Shown here one piece after another: positions 1-14,656 of a DNA stretch of 64,000 nt. The notes under the pieces are model-generated. The model had not been told where the DNA came from. It did not search any database and saw only the letters and a program-made list of their open reading frames with translations. Position numbers and translations under genes: made by a program. Positions within the stretch are counted from its first letter, which is position 1, and each line of letters begins with the position of its first letter. The DNA is from a virus (lineage: Duplodnaviria > Heunggongvirae > Uroviricota > Caudoviricetes): positions 1-64,000 of the IMG/VR virus record IMGVR_UViG_2563366825_000011; one strand, 5' to 3'.

Positions 1-47
1 GCACATCGCCGGGCGTGCGCCAGAATCGCTGATTCTGTCTGTGTCAT
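1..47 (-). CDS. K: Phage tail protein K, N-terminal fragment (gene continues beyond window start)
   Basis: Reverse strand reads ATG ACA CAG ACA GAA TCA GCG ATT CTG GCG CAC GCC (MTQTESAILAHA...), matching the lambda K N-terminus as recalled; sits directly downstream of L. Confidence 0.6.
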   Translation of the reverse strand, partial: MTQTESAILAHARRC

Positions 48-52
48 GGGAT

Positions 53-751
53 TTACTGCGAAAGTTTGTTAATGGAAAGGAAGCCGCCAAAGTTGACGAC
101 ATTATTGCGAAACTTACAGCCACTCAGGCATTTGCTGCATTTATCCTTCGTGATATCGGACGTCGGCTGGTCATATTCATCCGCGACCGCCGGACCGTTA
201 TAACCGCACTCATCACCGCGATAGGTCCAGGTGCAGGTATTAGCCAGCATGATGCGCCCCGGAAAAACGGCACCATCCGTTTCAGTCGGCGTGGACAGTA
301 CAAAGGAGGCACTGACCGCGCTCAATTCGCTGCACTGCTCGATGCGCCAGCGGCTAATCACCTCCTGCTCCGGATCGGCGTCGCTGTTTCCGTTGACGAA
401 GTTCACCGCATCCAGAAAACGGGCATAAACCTTACGCCTGACCACCGTTCCGCCGACCAGACTCTGCAGATCTTCCGCCATCCCGGTGACCATGCCATAC
501 AGGTTAGAAACCGTCAGCGTGGGGCGCGTACTGGTGCCTTTGCCATTCAGTTCGAAACCACTCCCCTGAATGGGATACGCCTGATACTGTCGCCCCTGCC
601 AGGTGACCGGCTCACCTTTTTCGTTCTGCTCATTACAGAAAAAATAACGTTCTCCACCAACCTCTGTCAGATCGATTTCCCAGAGCACCACGCTGGCCGA
701 CTGCTCCGCACGGGTGCATTCATTCAGTGTTTCCTGTCGGATATCCTGCAT
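53..751 (-). CDS. L: Tail tip assembly protein L
   Basis: 232-aa ORF; sequence and position in conserved K-L-M-H order match lambda L. Confidence 0.9.
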   Translation of the reverse strand: MQDIRQETLNECTRAEQSASVVLWEIDLTEVGGERYFFCNEQNEKGEPVTWQGRQYQAYPIQGSGFELNGKGTSTRPTLTVSNLYGMVTGMAEDLQSLVGGTVVRRKVYARFLDAVNFVNGNSDADPEQEVISRWRIEQCSELSAVSASFVLSTPTETDGAVFPGRIMLANTCTWTYRGDECGYNGPAVADEYDQPTSDITKDKCSKCLSGCKFRNNVVNFGGFLSINKLSQ

Positions 752-1080
752 CAGTTCACCACCTGTTCAAACTCTGCGCTGAACTCAACACGCAACATAC
801 TGACCCGCGACGACCATTTTGCGCAGGTCACCTTTATCTGCCGGTAGCCATAAGGCGGCGTCCACAGAAAGGATTTCCAGCCCCCGTGCTCAGCCAGAAA
901 CGACTCAAGCGCCGTGGCCTCCCAACGGGGAACAGAAAGCGTCACGCTGTACGTTTTCAGGTCGGCATTCAGCCCGGCAGGCGCTCGCTGGGAATAGCCA
1001 TCACCAAAGCGCACCTTTCTTACGGAAGGGGCCGAAGCCACATCCATACCGGGTTTCACTTTCCAGCGGAAGGTTTTCAT
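751..1080 (-). CDS. M: Tail protein M
   Basis: 109-aa ORF MKTFRWKVKPGMDV..., lambda M-like, overlaps L start and H stop. Confidence 0.9.
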   Translation of the reverse strand: MKTFRWKVKPGMDVASAPSVRKVRFGDGYSQRAPAGLNADLKTYSVTLSVPRWEATALESFLAEHGGWKSFLWTPPYGYRQIKVTCAKWSSRVSMLRVEFSAEFEQVVN

Positions 1081-3626
1081 CGTCCACCTCCGGAGAACAG
1101 ACCACCATCGCGCATCTGCCCGGTCACAACATCCATTGCCGCCTTACGGGCTACGTCATAAACAGCCTTCAGTGCCTGTGGCCCTATCTGACCGTTCGTG
1201 CCGTCGTTGTTAATCACCACATGGTTATTCTGCTCAAACGTCCCGGACGCCTGCGACCGGCTGTCCGCCATGCTGCCCGGTGTACCGACATAACCGCCGG
1301 TGGCATAGCCGCGCATCAGCCGGTAAAGATTTCCCACGCCAATCCGGCTGGTTGCCTCCTTCGTGAAGACAAACTCACCACGGTGAACAATCCCCGCTGG
1401 CTCATATTTGCCGCCGGTTCCCGTAAACCCTCCGGTCGCAAAATGGAATTTCGCCGCAGCTGCCTGAATGGCTGTACCGCCTGACGCTGATGCGCCGCCG
1501 CCAATGGCGCTGCCTATACTTCCGACAATCCCCACCATTGCCTGCTTAAGCAGAATTTCTGTCATCATGGACAGCACGGAACGGGTGAAGCTGCGCCAGT
1601 TCTGCTCACTGCCGGTCAGCATCGCCGCCATATTCTGCGCAATACCATCAAAGGTCTGCGTGGCAGCACTTTTAACCTGCGACATACTGTCCGTGGCACT
1701 CTCTTTCCACTCGCTCCAGCCGGACTTGAGGCCAGCCATCCAGCTCCCGCGAAGCTGGTCTTCAGCCGCCCAGGTCTTTTTCTGCTCTGACATGACGTTA
1801 TTCAGCGCCAGCGGATTATCGCCATACTGTTCCTTCAGGCGCTGTTCCGTGGCTTCCCGTTCTGCCTGCCGGTCAGTCAGCCCCCGGCTTTTCGCATCAA
1901 TGGCGGCCCGTTTTGCCCGTTGCTGCTGTGCGAATTTATCCGCCTGCTGCGCCAGCGCGTTCAGGCGCTCCTGATACGTAACCTTGTCGCCAAGTGCAGC
2001 CAGCTGGCGTTTGTACTCCAGCGTCTCATCTTTATGCGCCAGCAGGGATTTCTCCTGTGCGGACAGCTGGCGACGTTGTGCCGCCTCCTCCAGTACCGCG
2101 AACTGACTCTCCGCCTTCCACAAATCCCGGCGCTGCTGGCTGATTTTCTCATTTGCTCCGGCATGCTTCTCCAGCGTCCGGAGTTCTGCCTGAAGCGTCA
2201 GCAGGGCAGCATGAGCACTGTCTTCCTGACGATCGCCCGCAGACACCTTCACGCCGGACTGTTTCGGCTTTTTCAGCGTCGCTTCATAATCCTTTTTCGC
2301 CGCCGCCATCAGCGTGTTGTAATCCGCCTGCAGGATTTTCCCGTCTTTCAGTGCCTTGTTCAGTTCTTCCTGACGGGCGGTATATTTCTCCAGCGGCGTC
2401 TGCAGCCGTTCGTAAGCCTTCTGCGCCTCTTCGGTATATTTCAGCCGTGACGCTTCGGTATCGCTCTGCTGCTGCGCATTTTTGTCCTGTTGAGTCTGCT
2501 GCTCAGCCTTCTTTCGGGCGGCTTCAAGCGCAAGACGGGCCTTTTCACGATCATCCCAGTAACGCGCCCGCGCTTCATCGTTAACAAAATAATCATCCTT
2601 GCGCAGATTCCAGATGTCGTCTGCTTTCTTAAACGCAGCCTCTGCCTTAATCAGCATCTCCTGCGCGGTATCAGGACGACCAATATCCAGCACCGCATCC
2701 CACATGGATTTGAATGCCCGTGCTGTCCTGTCTGCCCAGGTCTCCAGCGTGCCCATGTTCTCTTTCAGGCGGCGGGTCTGGTCATCAAACCCTTTCGTTG
2801 CGGCCTCGTTCGCCGCCTGCAATGCCCCGGCTTCATCGCCGGAACGCTGCAACTGAGCAACATACGCAATCTGCTCCGCCGTCACGTTATGGAACTGGCG
2901 TGCCATCGCCGTCAGCCCCGACGTCGGGTCTGTGGTCAGCTTCCCGAAGGCTTCAGCGACCTTGTCCACCTCCACGCCGGATGCAGAGGAGAAACGCGCC
3001 ACACTCTGGCTGATGGACGCAATCTGAGCCTCACCGCTTACCCCCGCCTTAACCAGTGCGCTGAGTGACTCGCTGGTCTGGTTAAACGTCAGCCCTGCCG
3101 CCTGCCCGGCTCTGGACAGGGCCAGAATACGATCTGCCGTCAGTCCCGCCTGATTGCCGGAAAGGACCAGCGTTTTGTTGAAATCGGACAGGGTTGAGTT
3201 GCCCTGATACCAGGCATACGCCAGCGCACCGGTCGCCACCGCCAGCGAGGTGGCCCCCACCATCGGCAGGGTGATCGCACCGGCAAGCCCCCTGAACATG
3301 GGGATCATCCCGCCGAAGGAGTCCTTAACCTGACCACCCTGTTGCAGCAGGATCAGCCACGGACTTTGCCCGCCTGCAAGCTGCGTGGCCACGTCGGTGA
3401 ACTGTGCAGGCAGCATACGCATGGCGGCTTTATACTGCCCGACGGAAATCCCCGCTTTCTGTGCAGCCAGCGCCTGTCGGCTCAGCGACTGTTCAACGAC
3501 TGCCGCTGTTTTTTTCGCATCAGTTTCCGTACCGGAAAAATGACGCCTGACTCTGGCCATCTGCTCGTCAAATCTGGCCGCATCCAGACTTAAATCAACG
3601 ACCAGATCGCCTACCGGTTCAGCCAT
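1077..3626 (-). CDS. H: Tail tape measure protein H
   Basis: 849-aa ORF, Ala/Gln-rich coiled-coil tape-measure composition, lambda H-like length and position. Confidence 0.9.
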   Translation of the reverse strand: MAEPVGDLVVDLSLDAARFDEQMARVRRHFSGTETDAKKTAAVVEQSLSRQALAAQKAGISVGQYKAAMRMLPAQFTDVATQLAGGQSPWLILLQQGGQVKDSFGGMIPMFRGLAGAITLPMVGATSLAVATGALAYAWYQGNSTLSDFNKTLVLSGNQAGLTADRILALSRAGQAAGLTFNQTSESLSALVKAGVSGEAQIASISQSVARFSSASGVEVDKVAEAFGKLTTDPTSGLTAMARQFHNVTAEQIAYVAQLQRSGDEAGALQAANEAATKGFDDQTRRLKENMGTLETWADRTARAFKSMWDAVLDIGRPDTAQEMLIKAEAAFKKADDIWNLRKDDYFVNDEARARYWDDREKARLALEAARKKAEQQTQQDKNAQQQSDTEASRLKYTEEAQKAYERLQTPLEKYTARQEELNKALKDGKILQADYNTLMAAAKKDYEATLKKPKQSGVKVSAGDRQEDSAHAALLTLQAELRTLEKHAGANEKISQQRRDLWKAESQFAVLEEAAQRRQLSAQEKSLLAHKDETLEYKRQLAALGDKVTYQERLNALAQQADKFAQQQRAKRAAIDAKSRGLTDRQAEREATEQRLKEQYGDNPLALNNVMSEQKKTWAAEDQLRGSWMAGLKSGWSEWKESATDSMSQVKSAATQTFDGIAQNMAAMLTGSEQNWRSFTRSVLSMMTEILLKQAMVGIVGSIGSAIGGGASASGGTAIQAAAAKFHFATGGFTGTGGKYEPAGIVHRGEFVFTKEATSRIGVGNLYRLMRGYATGGYVGTPGSMADSRSQASGTFEQNNHVVINNDGTNGQIGPQALKAVYDVARKAAMDVVTGQMRDGGLFSGGGR

Positions 3627-4053
3627 ACCGGACTCCTCCTGCGATCCCTTCTGATACTGTCATCAGCATTACGTCATCCTCCGTCATGTCCGCCACATCC
3701 GGGGAAGCGGGGATAACTTCATTCCCGTCCGGGCCAAAACGAACGCCTCCGGCAAGCCCTGCCGCTTTCTGCATCAGCACATCATCTTCAGGCTCTTCGT
3801 CAGCCTCGCGCCGGTTCAGCAGACTGAAATCCAGCGGATGCATATCCGGATCGCTGAAAAACAGGCTGAGCACGGTGTACGTCAGCCCGGAAAAGTGCAT
3901 ATCCAGCAGAACATCATGAAAATAATGGGTACTGTAAAAGCGGTGCCAGTCGGCATACTCCGTGGATGACATCCCGGCAAGCATGGCACGCCAGTCGGGT
4001 CGCCCCATCTCGCGCGCCAGTTTCAGGGCAAAACTCAGCTCACCGTCGAACAC
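3619..4053 (-). CDS. T: Tail assembly protein T frame (expressed as G-T fusion by -1 frameshift)
   Basis: 144-aa ORF overlapping the 3' end of G in the -1 frame; classic lambda G-T arrangement. Confidence 0.7.
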   Translation of the reverse strand: MFDGELSFALKLAREMGRPDWRAMLAGMSSTEYADWHRFYSTHYFHDVLLDMHFSGLTYTVLSLFFSDPDMHPLDFSLLNRREADEEPEDDVLMQKAAGLAGGVRFGPDGNEVIPASPDVADMTEDDVMLMTVSEGIAGGVRYG

Positions 4054-4457
4054 TTTCCCGCAGAAACAGGCTCTGCAGGCCCGGCGTCCTCTGCCTGTTC
4101 AGGGGCATCATTCACCACAAACTCATACATACCAGACAGCCGGTACACCACGTTTTCAGCATGAGAAATTGCCTCCGTGGGCCAGGTGGTAAGCACTTCC
4201 TGCTCAATCTGTTTAACGGCTTCATTCATGGACGGCATCTGCGTCTTCTGCGGATGGTTATGCCACAGGGACATCGCCACCAGAAACGCGCCGGTTCTGA
4301 TGGCGTCTTCCACAGTAAACTTCCGGTTGCTGTCTGACTCCGCCTGTTCTGCCTGCCGTTTCATCAGGGCGAGATGCTCAATGCGCTGCAGGGCTGACAG
4401 TTCAGAAAGCGTGACGGTCACACCGTTATGTTCAAATGATTCGGTTTTCAGGAACAT
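4035..4457 (-). CDS. G: Tail assembly chaperone G
   Basis: 140-aa ORF MFLKTESFEHNGVTV..., lambda G-like. Confidence 0.9.
   Translation of the reverse strand: MFLKTESFEHNGVTVTLSELSALQRIEHLALMKRQAEQAESDSNRKFTVEDAIRTGAFLVAMSLWHNHPQKTQMPSMNEAVKQIEQEVLTTWPTEAISHAENVVYRLSGMYEFVVNDAPEQAEDAGPAEPVSAGKCSTVS
4053..4059 (-). other. Programmed -1 ribosomal frameshift slippery heptamer GGGAAAG at the G/T overlap
   Basis: Plus strand ctttccc at 4053-4059 = GGGAAAG on the coding strand, at the G-T junction. Confidence 0.6.
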
Positions 4458-4472
4458 CGCTGACTCTCCGGA

Positions 4473-5213
4473 TTAACTGGCGGTGACGGTAATTTCTGCA
4501 ACCGCAGCAAACTCACCATTACCGGATACAACCGGAATGTTGACCTTGCCTGCAGCAACGCCGTTCACGGTGATGGTCATACCACTGACCGACACGGTGG
4601 CTTTTGTTTTATCCGCAGACACCGCACGAAAGCTCTTGTCGGTTACGCCCTCCGGCTGGAAGGCCACGGTCAGCGTGGTGCTCTGCCCTTTCACCACCGA
4701 GGTGCTGGCAGGCGTCACGGTCATGCCGGTTGCCGCTGTTACCGTGCTGCGATCTTCTGCCATCGACGGACGTCCCACATTGGTGACTTTCACCGTGCGG
4801 GTGATCACTTCCTTCGCCGTCACCGCCTTACCGATACTGCTGACCCAGCCACGGAACACATCGACCGTGCCGTTCGGGAAGCGGATTTTATAGGCACGGG
4901 TATCGCCTTCATTAAACCACGCCAGCAGCGCCTGCTGCCCCTGCTCTCCGGGCATCCACGCCAGCGTGAAGCTGGTATCTCCGGCAGATTTCTGCCCCTG
5001 CCCGGTCGCAGTCCAGTCTGCATCTTCATCATCGAGATAGCTGTCGTCATAGGACTCAGCGGTCAGTTCGCCGGGCGTCAGGTCTTTAACTTTTGCCAGA
5101 CGCGACCAGTCAACGTCTGAAAGCGGATTCGCATAAGGGTCACCGCTCCCCTTATAAACCCACAGGGTGGTCCCGGCACCTTTCACCGGCATTGTAGGAT
5201 TTGGTACAGGCAT
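4473..5213 (-). CDS. V: Major tail protein V
   Basis: ORF contains [22 protein letters not shown]...; start placed at the lambda V-like Met; C-terminal Ig-like domain region. Confidence 0.9.
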
Positions 5214-5220
5214 AGCGTCC

Positions 5221-5616
5221 TCACATTTCATAGGTAATGACATAAGTCAGATCGGCTGAACTCCACAGGCCCGCATCATCGTCGCGCCGGTAGTCATAGC
5301 CGCTGGCCACCATACTGGTGATCAAATCTGACAGTGCCGGGATATCGCTCATCACCGGATAAATCCGGGACTCCATCCACGCATCCAGCTCTGAATCCGG
5401 CACCTGAGCAGGCAGGAAAACTTCGATATGCAGCTCCGCCTGCCAGGTATCGCTGTCCAGCTCTTCGCCCGTGTATTCAGCGCCGGTGAGATAAACGGCA
5501 ACTGCCGGAAAATCCGCCTCATCAAAAACAGCGGGGCGACCATCAAAAAACGTCGCCCCGGTGTCATGCTTCTCCAGTGCATCCAGTACGGCTGCACGGA
5601 GTTCAGTATGTTTCAT
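5221..5616 (-). CDS. U: Tail terminator protein U
   Basis: 131-aa [21 protein letters not shown]..., lambda U-like. Confidence 0.9.
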
Positions 5617-6191
5617 CGCTTTATTACCATCCTCAGTTGATGCTGCAGCGCATAGCCCAGCTCTTTCGGAAGACGTTCACGCCGTATCCGCTCAATATTT
5701 TGTTTAAACGCCGTGGTCAGCGGCACCGCCATCGGGATTTTCACCACATCAATGGGGTAACGGTTTTTCCCGGCCACACGCTGCATGACATGCCACCGGC
5801 CATTTTTCAGTTGCTGAATAAACGCGCCGGGAATACGACGGTTACCCACCACAAGCACGCTGCCGCCACCTTTCAGGGATGAACGCTGCCCCTTTTTACG
5901 ACGCCTGCGGCGCGAAAGGACAACCCGCGCATTACCCAGCTTGATTACGGGCAAATCCCCCCGGTTAACTTTGATTCTGGCCTGCGGATTTTTGACCGTG
6001 GCCCTTTTCAGCCTGGCCCTTTCCTTTACCAGTTTCCGGCGTACCTTTGTCTCACGGGCAACTTGTGACGCCGACTGCGATATCGCGGATGAAGCAACGC
6101 GGTTAATGGCCATTGCGGCGGCACCAGGCACCGCCGTTTTGCTGATACGGCTGAGGTTTTCAACGGCCTGCTCAAGACCTTTTATGGCCAT
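5613..6191 (-). CDS. Z: Tail completion protein Z
   Basis: 192-aa ORF in the conserved FII-Z-U order. Confidence 0.85.
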   Translation of the reverse strand: MAIKGLEQAVENLSRISKTAVPGAAAMAINRVASSAISQSASQVARETKVRRKLVKERARLKRATVKNPQARIKVNRGDLPVIKLGNARVVLSRRRRRKKGQRSSLKGGGSVLVVGNRRIPGAFIQQLKNGRWHVMQRVAGKNRYPIDVVKIPMAVPLTTAFKQNIERIRRERLPKELGYALQHQLRMVIKR

Positions 6192-6202
6192 ACATCCCCC
6201 TT

Positions 6203-6556
6203 TCAGCGGCGACGGTTAACGGCAGGCGGTACGCCCCGTCCAAGCCAGAGATGACAACTTCCGCCATCATCCGGCGAAACCCGATCTACCCAGAAATTTT
6301 CCTCACCGATGGTCAGCGTGTCTCCACGCCGCAGCTGCCGCACCTCATCAGTCCGGACAAACAGGGACGGGCTGGAGCCTTCAACGCGCACGCCCTGTCC
6401 GGCATAGCTGATATTTTCAGGGTCATCAAAAACACCACGTATCACCGCACCTGACTGCTCACCGGATGTCATGGTGGCTGACGTTCCCATGTACCCGCGT
6501 ATCGTTTCATCGGCGCGGGCAATGGCAGCATCGAACAGGTTATCGAAATCAGCCAC
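6203..6556 (-). CDS. FII: Head-tail connector protein FII
   Basis: 117-aa ORF MADFDNLFDAAIARADETIRGYMG..., lambda FII-like. Confidence 0.9.
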   Translation of the reverse strand: MADFDNLFDAAIARADETIRGYMGTSATMTSGEQSGAVIRGVFDDPENISYAGQGVRVEGSSPSLFVRTDEVRQLRRGDTLTIGEENFWVDRVSPDDGGSCHLWLGRGVPPAVNRRR

Positions 6557-6567
6557 AGCGCCTCCCG

Positions 6568-6966
6568 TTATTGCATTCTGGCCAGGCCGCGCTCTGTCAT
6601 TTCGGCTGCCACACCGGCAGAGACACGAAACGCCGTTCCCGGCAGCACAAATGCCACAGGTTCATCCCGCGTGGCGTGAAGTGCATCAGTATGCAGCTTC
6701 ACCAGTGCCACGACCGTGACCAGTTCAGACGTATCCAGAATCACGGTATCCGGCTGCGCTGATCCCACCTCATTTTCATGTCCGGTCAGCACATTTTCCC
6801 GGCTGAGAGGGGTGTCCTGACCGGCAGTTTCATCCGTGTCATCAAGCTCCTCTTCCAGCTCTGCCACACGGAGCGCCAGTTCTTCTTTCGTCCCCGTCAG
6901 GCTGACATCACGGTTCAGTTGTTCACCCAGCGAGCGGAGACGGGCAATCAGTTCATCTTTCGTCAT
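6568..6966 (-). CDS. FI: DNA packaging protein FI
   Basis: Start placed at MTKDELIARLRSLGEQL (lambda FI-like N-terminus) inside the longer ORF 6568-7005. Confidence 0.85.
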   Translation of the reverse strand: MTKDELIARLRSLGEQLNRDVSLTGTKEELALRVAELEEELDDTDETAGQDTPLSRENVLTGHENEVGSAQPDTVILDTSELVTVVALVKLHTDALHATRDEPVAFVLPGTAFRVSAGVAAEMTERGLARMQ

Positions 6967-7007
6967 GGACTCCTCCACAGAGAAACAATGGCCCCGAAGG
7001 GCCATGA

Positions 7008-8033
7008 TTACGCCAGTTGTACGGACACGAACTCATCAGGGTCAGCCAGCAGCATCAGCGGTGCTGACTGAATCATGGTGAACTCACGCGCCGGATCGCC
7101 GGTGGTCACCCAGTTTTTCGGGTAACGGGCAGAGGCGTTAATGCCTTCGCGCTGTGCGTCCGCATCCTGAATGCAGCCATAGGTGCGCAGACCGCGTGCC
7201 TGAGTGTTCCCCAGCACCATCGTGTTGTCCGGCAGGAAGTTCTTTTTGACGCCGTTTTCCACGTACTGTCCGGAATACACGACGATGGCTACATCGCCAT
7301 ACATCCCCTTATAGGACACCGCTTTGCCCAGGTCTTTCACCGCTGTCTCCAGCTCGGAATTAGAGCCACGACGGGTATCCAGCTTCTCCTTGACGGCTTT
7401 GAAGGAACGGAACAGCGCCCAGCCTTTCGGATCGAACACGATGATATTCACCACACCGCTGGCGTTCAGCGCGTAGGCTTCGATATCGTCGGTCGGGTCA
7501 TACGTGGACTTGTCACGCTTGCTCCACTCCGTGCCGCCGGACTGCGTGATGTTATTCTCCTCACTGCGGCCCATATCCACCTCAACCGGATCGAAGGCTT
7601 CACCGGTCATGGTGTATTTGCCCTTAAGCACGGCAGAAACTGCCTGCATCTCTTCGACCTGAGCAATGGCCAGCTCTTCGTCACGCATGTTCTGCATGAT
7701 GATGCGACGGCGGCGGTAAGCCGGGTCCGCCAGATTCTGCGGATCTTCATCCGGCAGGCGACGCAGGGTCATCTGCGGATTCACTTCATGCTTCGGCTTG
7801 ACATATCCCGGCGTAAATTCAGAGGTGGAGCCGCCACGGGAACGGATAACCTCACCGGAAACAATCGGCGAAACGTACAGCGCCATGTTTACCAGTCCCG
7901 GAATTTGTGAGAGATAGACTTTCTCCGTGGTGAAGGGATAGCTCTCACGGAAAAAGAGACGCAGAAACAGCGGATCAAACTTAAATTTCTGCTCATTTGC
8001 CGCCAGCAGCTGGGCGGTTGTGTACATCGACAT
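7008..8033 (-). CDS. E: Major capsid protein E
   Basis: Start placed at MSMYTTAQLLAANEQKFKFDP (lambda E-like); 341 aa. Confidence 0.9.
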   Translation of the reverse strand: MSMYTTAQLLAANEQKFKFDPLFLRLFFRESYPFTTEKVYLSQIPGLVNMALYVSPIVSGEVIRSRGGSTSEFTPGYVKPKHEVNPQMTLRRLPDEDPQNLADPAYRRRRIIMQNMRDEELAIAQVEEMQAVSAVLKGKYTMTGEAFDPVEVDMGRSEENNITQSGGTEWSKRDKSTYDPTDDIEAYALNASGVVNIIVFDPKGWALFRSFKAVKEKLDTRRGSNSELETAVKDLGKAVSYKGMYGDVAIVVYSGQYVENGVKKNFLPDNTMVLGNTQARGLRTYGCIQDADAQREGINASARYPKNWVTTGDPAREFTMIQSAPLMLLADPDEFVSVQLA

Positions 8034-8088
8034 AAAAAAATCCCGTAAAAAAAGCCGCACAGGCGGCCTTTAGTGATGAAGGGTAAAG

Positions 8089-8421
8089 TTAAACGATGCT
8101 GATTGCCGTTCCGGCAAACGCGGTCCGTTTTTTCGTCTCGTCGCTGGCAGCCTCCGGCCAGAGCACATCCTCATAACGGAACGTGCCGGACTTGTAGAAC
8201 GTCAGCGTGGTGCTGGTCTGGTCAGCAGCAACCGCAAGAATGCCAACGGCAGCACCGTCGGTGGTGCCATCCCACGCAACCAGCTTACGGCTGGAGGTGT
8301 CCAGCATCAGCGGGGTCATTGCAGGCGCTTTCGCACTCAATCCGCCGGGCGCGGTTGCGGTATGAGCCGGGTCACTGTTGCCCAGCGGCTGGTAATGGGT
8401 AAAGGTTTCTTTGCTCGTCAT
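8089..8421 (-). CDS. D: Head decoration protein D
   Basis: [27 protein letters not shown]..., lambda D-like, ~110 aa. Confidence 0.9.
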   Translation of the reverse strand: MTSKETFTHYQPLGNSDPAHTATAPGGLSAKAPAMTPLMLDTSSRKLVAWDGTTDGAAVGILAVAADQTSTTLTFYKSGTFRYEDVLWPEAASDETKKRTAFAGTAISIV

Positions 8422-8430
8422 AAACATCCC

Positions 8431-9730
8431 TTACACTGGTGTGTTCAGCAAATCGTTAACGGCATCAGATGCCGGGTTACCTGCAGCCAGCGGTGCCGGT
8501 GCCCCCTGCATCAGACGATCCAGCGCAGTGTCACTGCGCGCCTGTGCACTCTGTGGTGCTGCGGCCAGAATGCGGCGGGCCGTTTCCACGGTCATACCGG
8601 GGGTTTCTGCCAGCACGCGTGCCTGTTCTTCGCGTCCGTGAGCCTCCTCACAGTTGAGGATCCCCATAATGCGGCTGTTTTCTGCCGCAACCGCTGCGGT
8701 GATCTGCGCGTTCACGTCCGGCTGCGCCGCGCTGGCGTTTTCGCCCTCCGTCGCTGGCACCACGTCAGTAACGTCAGCCTGCGAAGCAGTGGCTGAAACA
8801 GTTGTTGATTGAGTCTCTTTGGTCATTCGCCCTCCTGAGAGACGGGATTTACGTGCATCCAGTGCATCACGCATGACGGTGATCGCATCGGTGCTGTTAA
8901 CAAGTTCATCAGCCAGTCCGGCATCAATGGCCTCCTGACCGCTGTACACTGCAGCCTCGGTATCCAGCACAGCCTGCACGGACAGGCCGGTATATGCCGA
9001 CACCTTCTGCGCAAACATCTGGCGGGTTGCGTCCATCCGGGACTGCAGTGTCTCCCGGACGTCATCCGGAAGATGGCTGTAGGGGTTGCCATCCACCTTA
9101 TGGCTGCCGCTGTAAATCAGAGTGATTTCCACACCCTGTTTCTCCAGCGCAGCACCGTAATTACTGTGAGCCATCATGACGCCGATGGAGCCTGTCCGGG
9201 CGGTCTGCGTGACCAGACGCCGGGAGGCGGCACTGGCAAGCAGCTGACCTGCACTGCAGTTCATGTCGTTGGCCAGCGCCCATACCGGTTTTATGTCACG
9301 CACACGGGCGATGATGTCAGCGCAGTCAAATGCCCCCGCCACCATCCCGCCGGGCGTGTCCATATCGAGCAGAATGCCGTCCACCATCGGATCGCTGGCA
9401 GCCTGTTGCAGACGGGCGATAATGCCGTTGTAACCGGTCATTCCCGAATACGGCTGCAGCGCCCGCGTCCGGCTGACCAGCGTACCGGACACCGGCAGCA
9501 CGGCGATGCCGTTCATGACCTGATAACTGCGGGCCTGTCGTGGTCCGTCATCATCACCGGATAACGCCAGCGCCGCGGGTGCCTCTCCGGCAGTCAGGCT
9601 GTCGCCGGATACTGCATCCGTCAGGCGGCTGATCCCAAGCTGGCCTGCAAGCGCACAAAAGAAAACCCGCGCATAGGCGGGTTCAAGCATCAGCGGCTCA
9701 TTAAAAGCCATGCTGGCAATATGCGGGAGA

Positions 9731-9750
<20 letters not shown>
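8431..9750 (-). CDS. C: Head maturation protease / scaffold C (Nu3 scaffold nested in-frame in the 3' part)
   Basis: ClpP/SppA-like S49 peptidase region; start placed at a GTG giving (V)TAALRNLPHIASMAFNEPLML, lambda C-like; overlaps the B stop. Confidence 0.85.
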
Positions 9751-13431
<3,681 letters not shown>

Positions 13432-13457
<26 letters not shown>

Positions 13458-13977
13458 TCAGCAACCCCGGTATCAGTTCATCCAGCGCGGCTGCTTTGTT
13501 CATGGCTTTGATGATATCCCGTTTCAGGAAATCAACATGTCGGTTTTCCAGTTCCGGAAAACGCCGCTGCACCGACAGGGGGATCCCGTCGAGAATACTG
13601 GCAATTTCACCTGCGATCCGCGACAGCACGAAAGTACAGAATGCGGTTTCCACCACTTCAGCGGAGTCTCTGGCATTTTTCAGCTCCTGTGCGTCGGCCT
13701 GCGCACGCGTAAGTCGATGGCGTTCGTACTCAATAGTCCCTGGCTGGAGATCTGTCTCGCTGGCCTGCCGCAGTTCTTCAACTTCCCGGCGCAGCTTTTC
13801 GTTCTCAATTTCAGCATCCCTTTCGGCATACCATTTTATGACGGCGGCAGAGTCATAAAGCACCTCATTACCCTTGCCACCGCCTCGCAGAACGGGCATT
13901 CCCTGTTCCTGCCAGTTCTGAATGGTACGGATACTCGCACCGAAAATGTCAGCCAGCTGCTTTTTGTTGACTTCCAT
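13432..13977 (-). CDS. Nu1: Terminase small subunit Nu1
   Basis: 181-aa ORF MEVNKKQLADIFGASIRTIQNWQEQGMPVLRGGGKGNEVLYD..., lambda Nu1-like with wHTH N-terminus. Confidence 0.9.
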
Positions 13978-14166
13978 TGTTCATTCCACGGACAAAAACA
14001 GAGAAAGGAAACGACAGAGGCCAAAAAGCTCGTTTTCAGCACCTGTCGTTTCCTTTCTTTTCAGGGGGTATTTTAAATAAAAACATTAAGTTACGACGAA
14101 GAAGAACGGAAATGCCTTAAACCGGAAAATTTTCATAAATAGCGAAAACCCGCGAGGTCGCCGCCC
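13978..14166 (-). other. cos region: cosB (terminase/IHF binding) plus 12-nt cohesive-end site cosN at 14155-14166
   Basis: Reverse complement of 14155-14166 is GGGCGGCGACCT (lambda cohesive end as recalled); following sequence toward Nu1 resembles the lambda left-end leader, including the inverted repeat GAAAGGAAACGACAG...CTGTCGTTTCCTTTC. Confidence 0.7.
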
Positions 14167-14365
14167 CGTAACCTGTCGGATCACCGGAAAGGACCCGTAA
14201 AGTGATAATGATTATCATCTACATATCACAACGTGCGTGGAGGCCATCAAACCACGTCAAATAATCAATTATGACGCAGGTATCGTATTAATTGATCTGC
14301 ATCAACTTAACGTAAAAACAACTTCAGACAATACAAATCAGCGACACTGAATACGGGGCAACCTC

Positions 14366-14599
14366 ATGTCAACGAAGAACAGAACCCGCAGAACAACAAC
14401 CCGCAACATCCGCTTTCCTAACCAAATGATTGAACAAATTAACATCGCTCTTGAGCAAAAAGGGGCCGGGAATTTCTCAGCCTGGGTCATTGAAGCCTGC
14501 CGCCGGAGACTGTGCTCAGAAAAAAGAGTTTCTTCTGAAGCAAACAAAGAAAAGAGTGACATTACTGAATTGCTCAGAAAACAGGTCAGACCAGATTGA
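14366..14599 (+). CDS. Small hypothetical prophage protein (ynfO-like position)
   Basis: 77-aa ORF between cos and ydfO, basic N-terminus; the Qin-like gene order suggests ynfO. Confidence 0.45.
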   Translation: MSTKNRTRRTTTRNIRFPNQMIEQINIALEQKGAGNFSAWVIEACRRRLCSEKRVSSEANKEKSDITELLRKQVRPD

Positions 14600-14656
14600 A
14601 GCAATTTAGATAATCGTGCAGACTACGCCCCCTCATATCACATGGAAGGTTTATCT

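Noticed and set aside
41-847. 268-aa plus-strand ORF overlapping tail gene L
   Set aside because: Antisense to a well-supported lambda L gene, no RBS or recognisable domain; typical spurious long ORF in GC-rich coding DNA
819-3068. Series of plus-strand ORFs (819-1484, 1468-1974, 1920-2450, 2153-2584, 2490-3068) inside the tape-measure gene
   Set aside because: All antisense to H with low-complexity Arg/Ala/Pro-rich translations; artefacts of the repetitive, GC-rich tape-measure sequence
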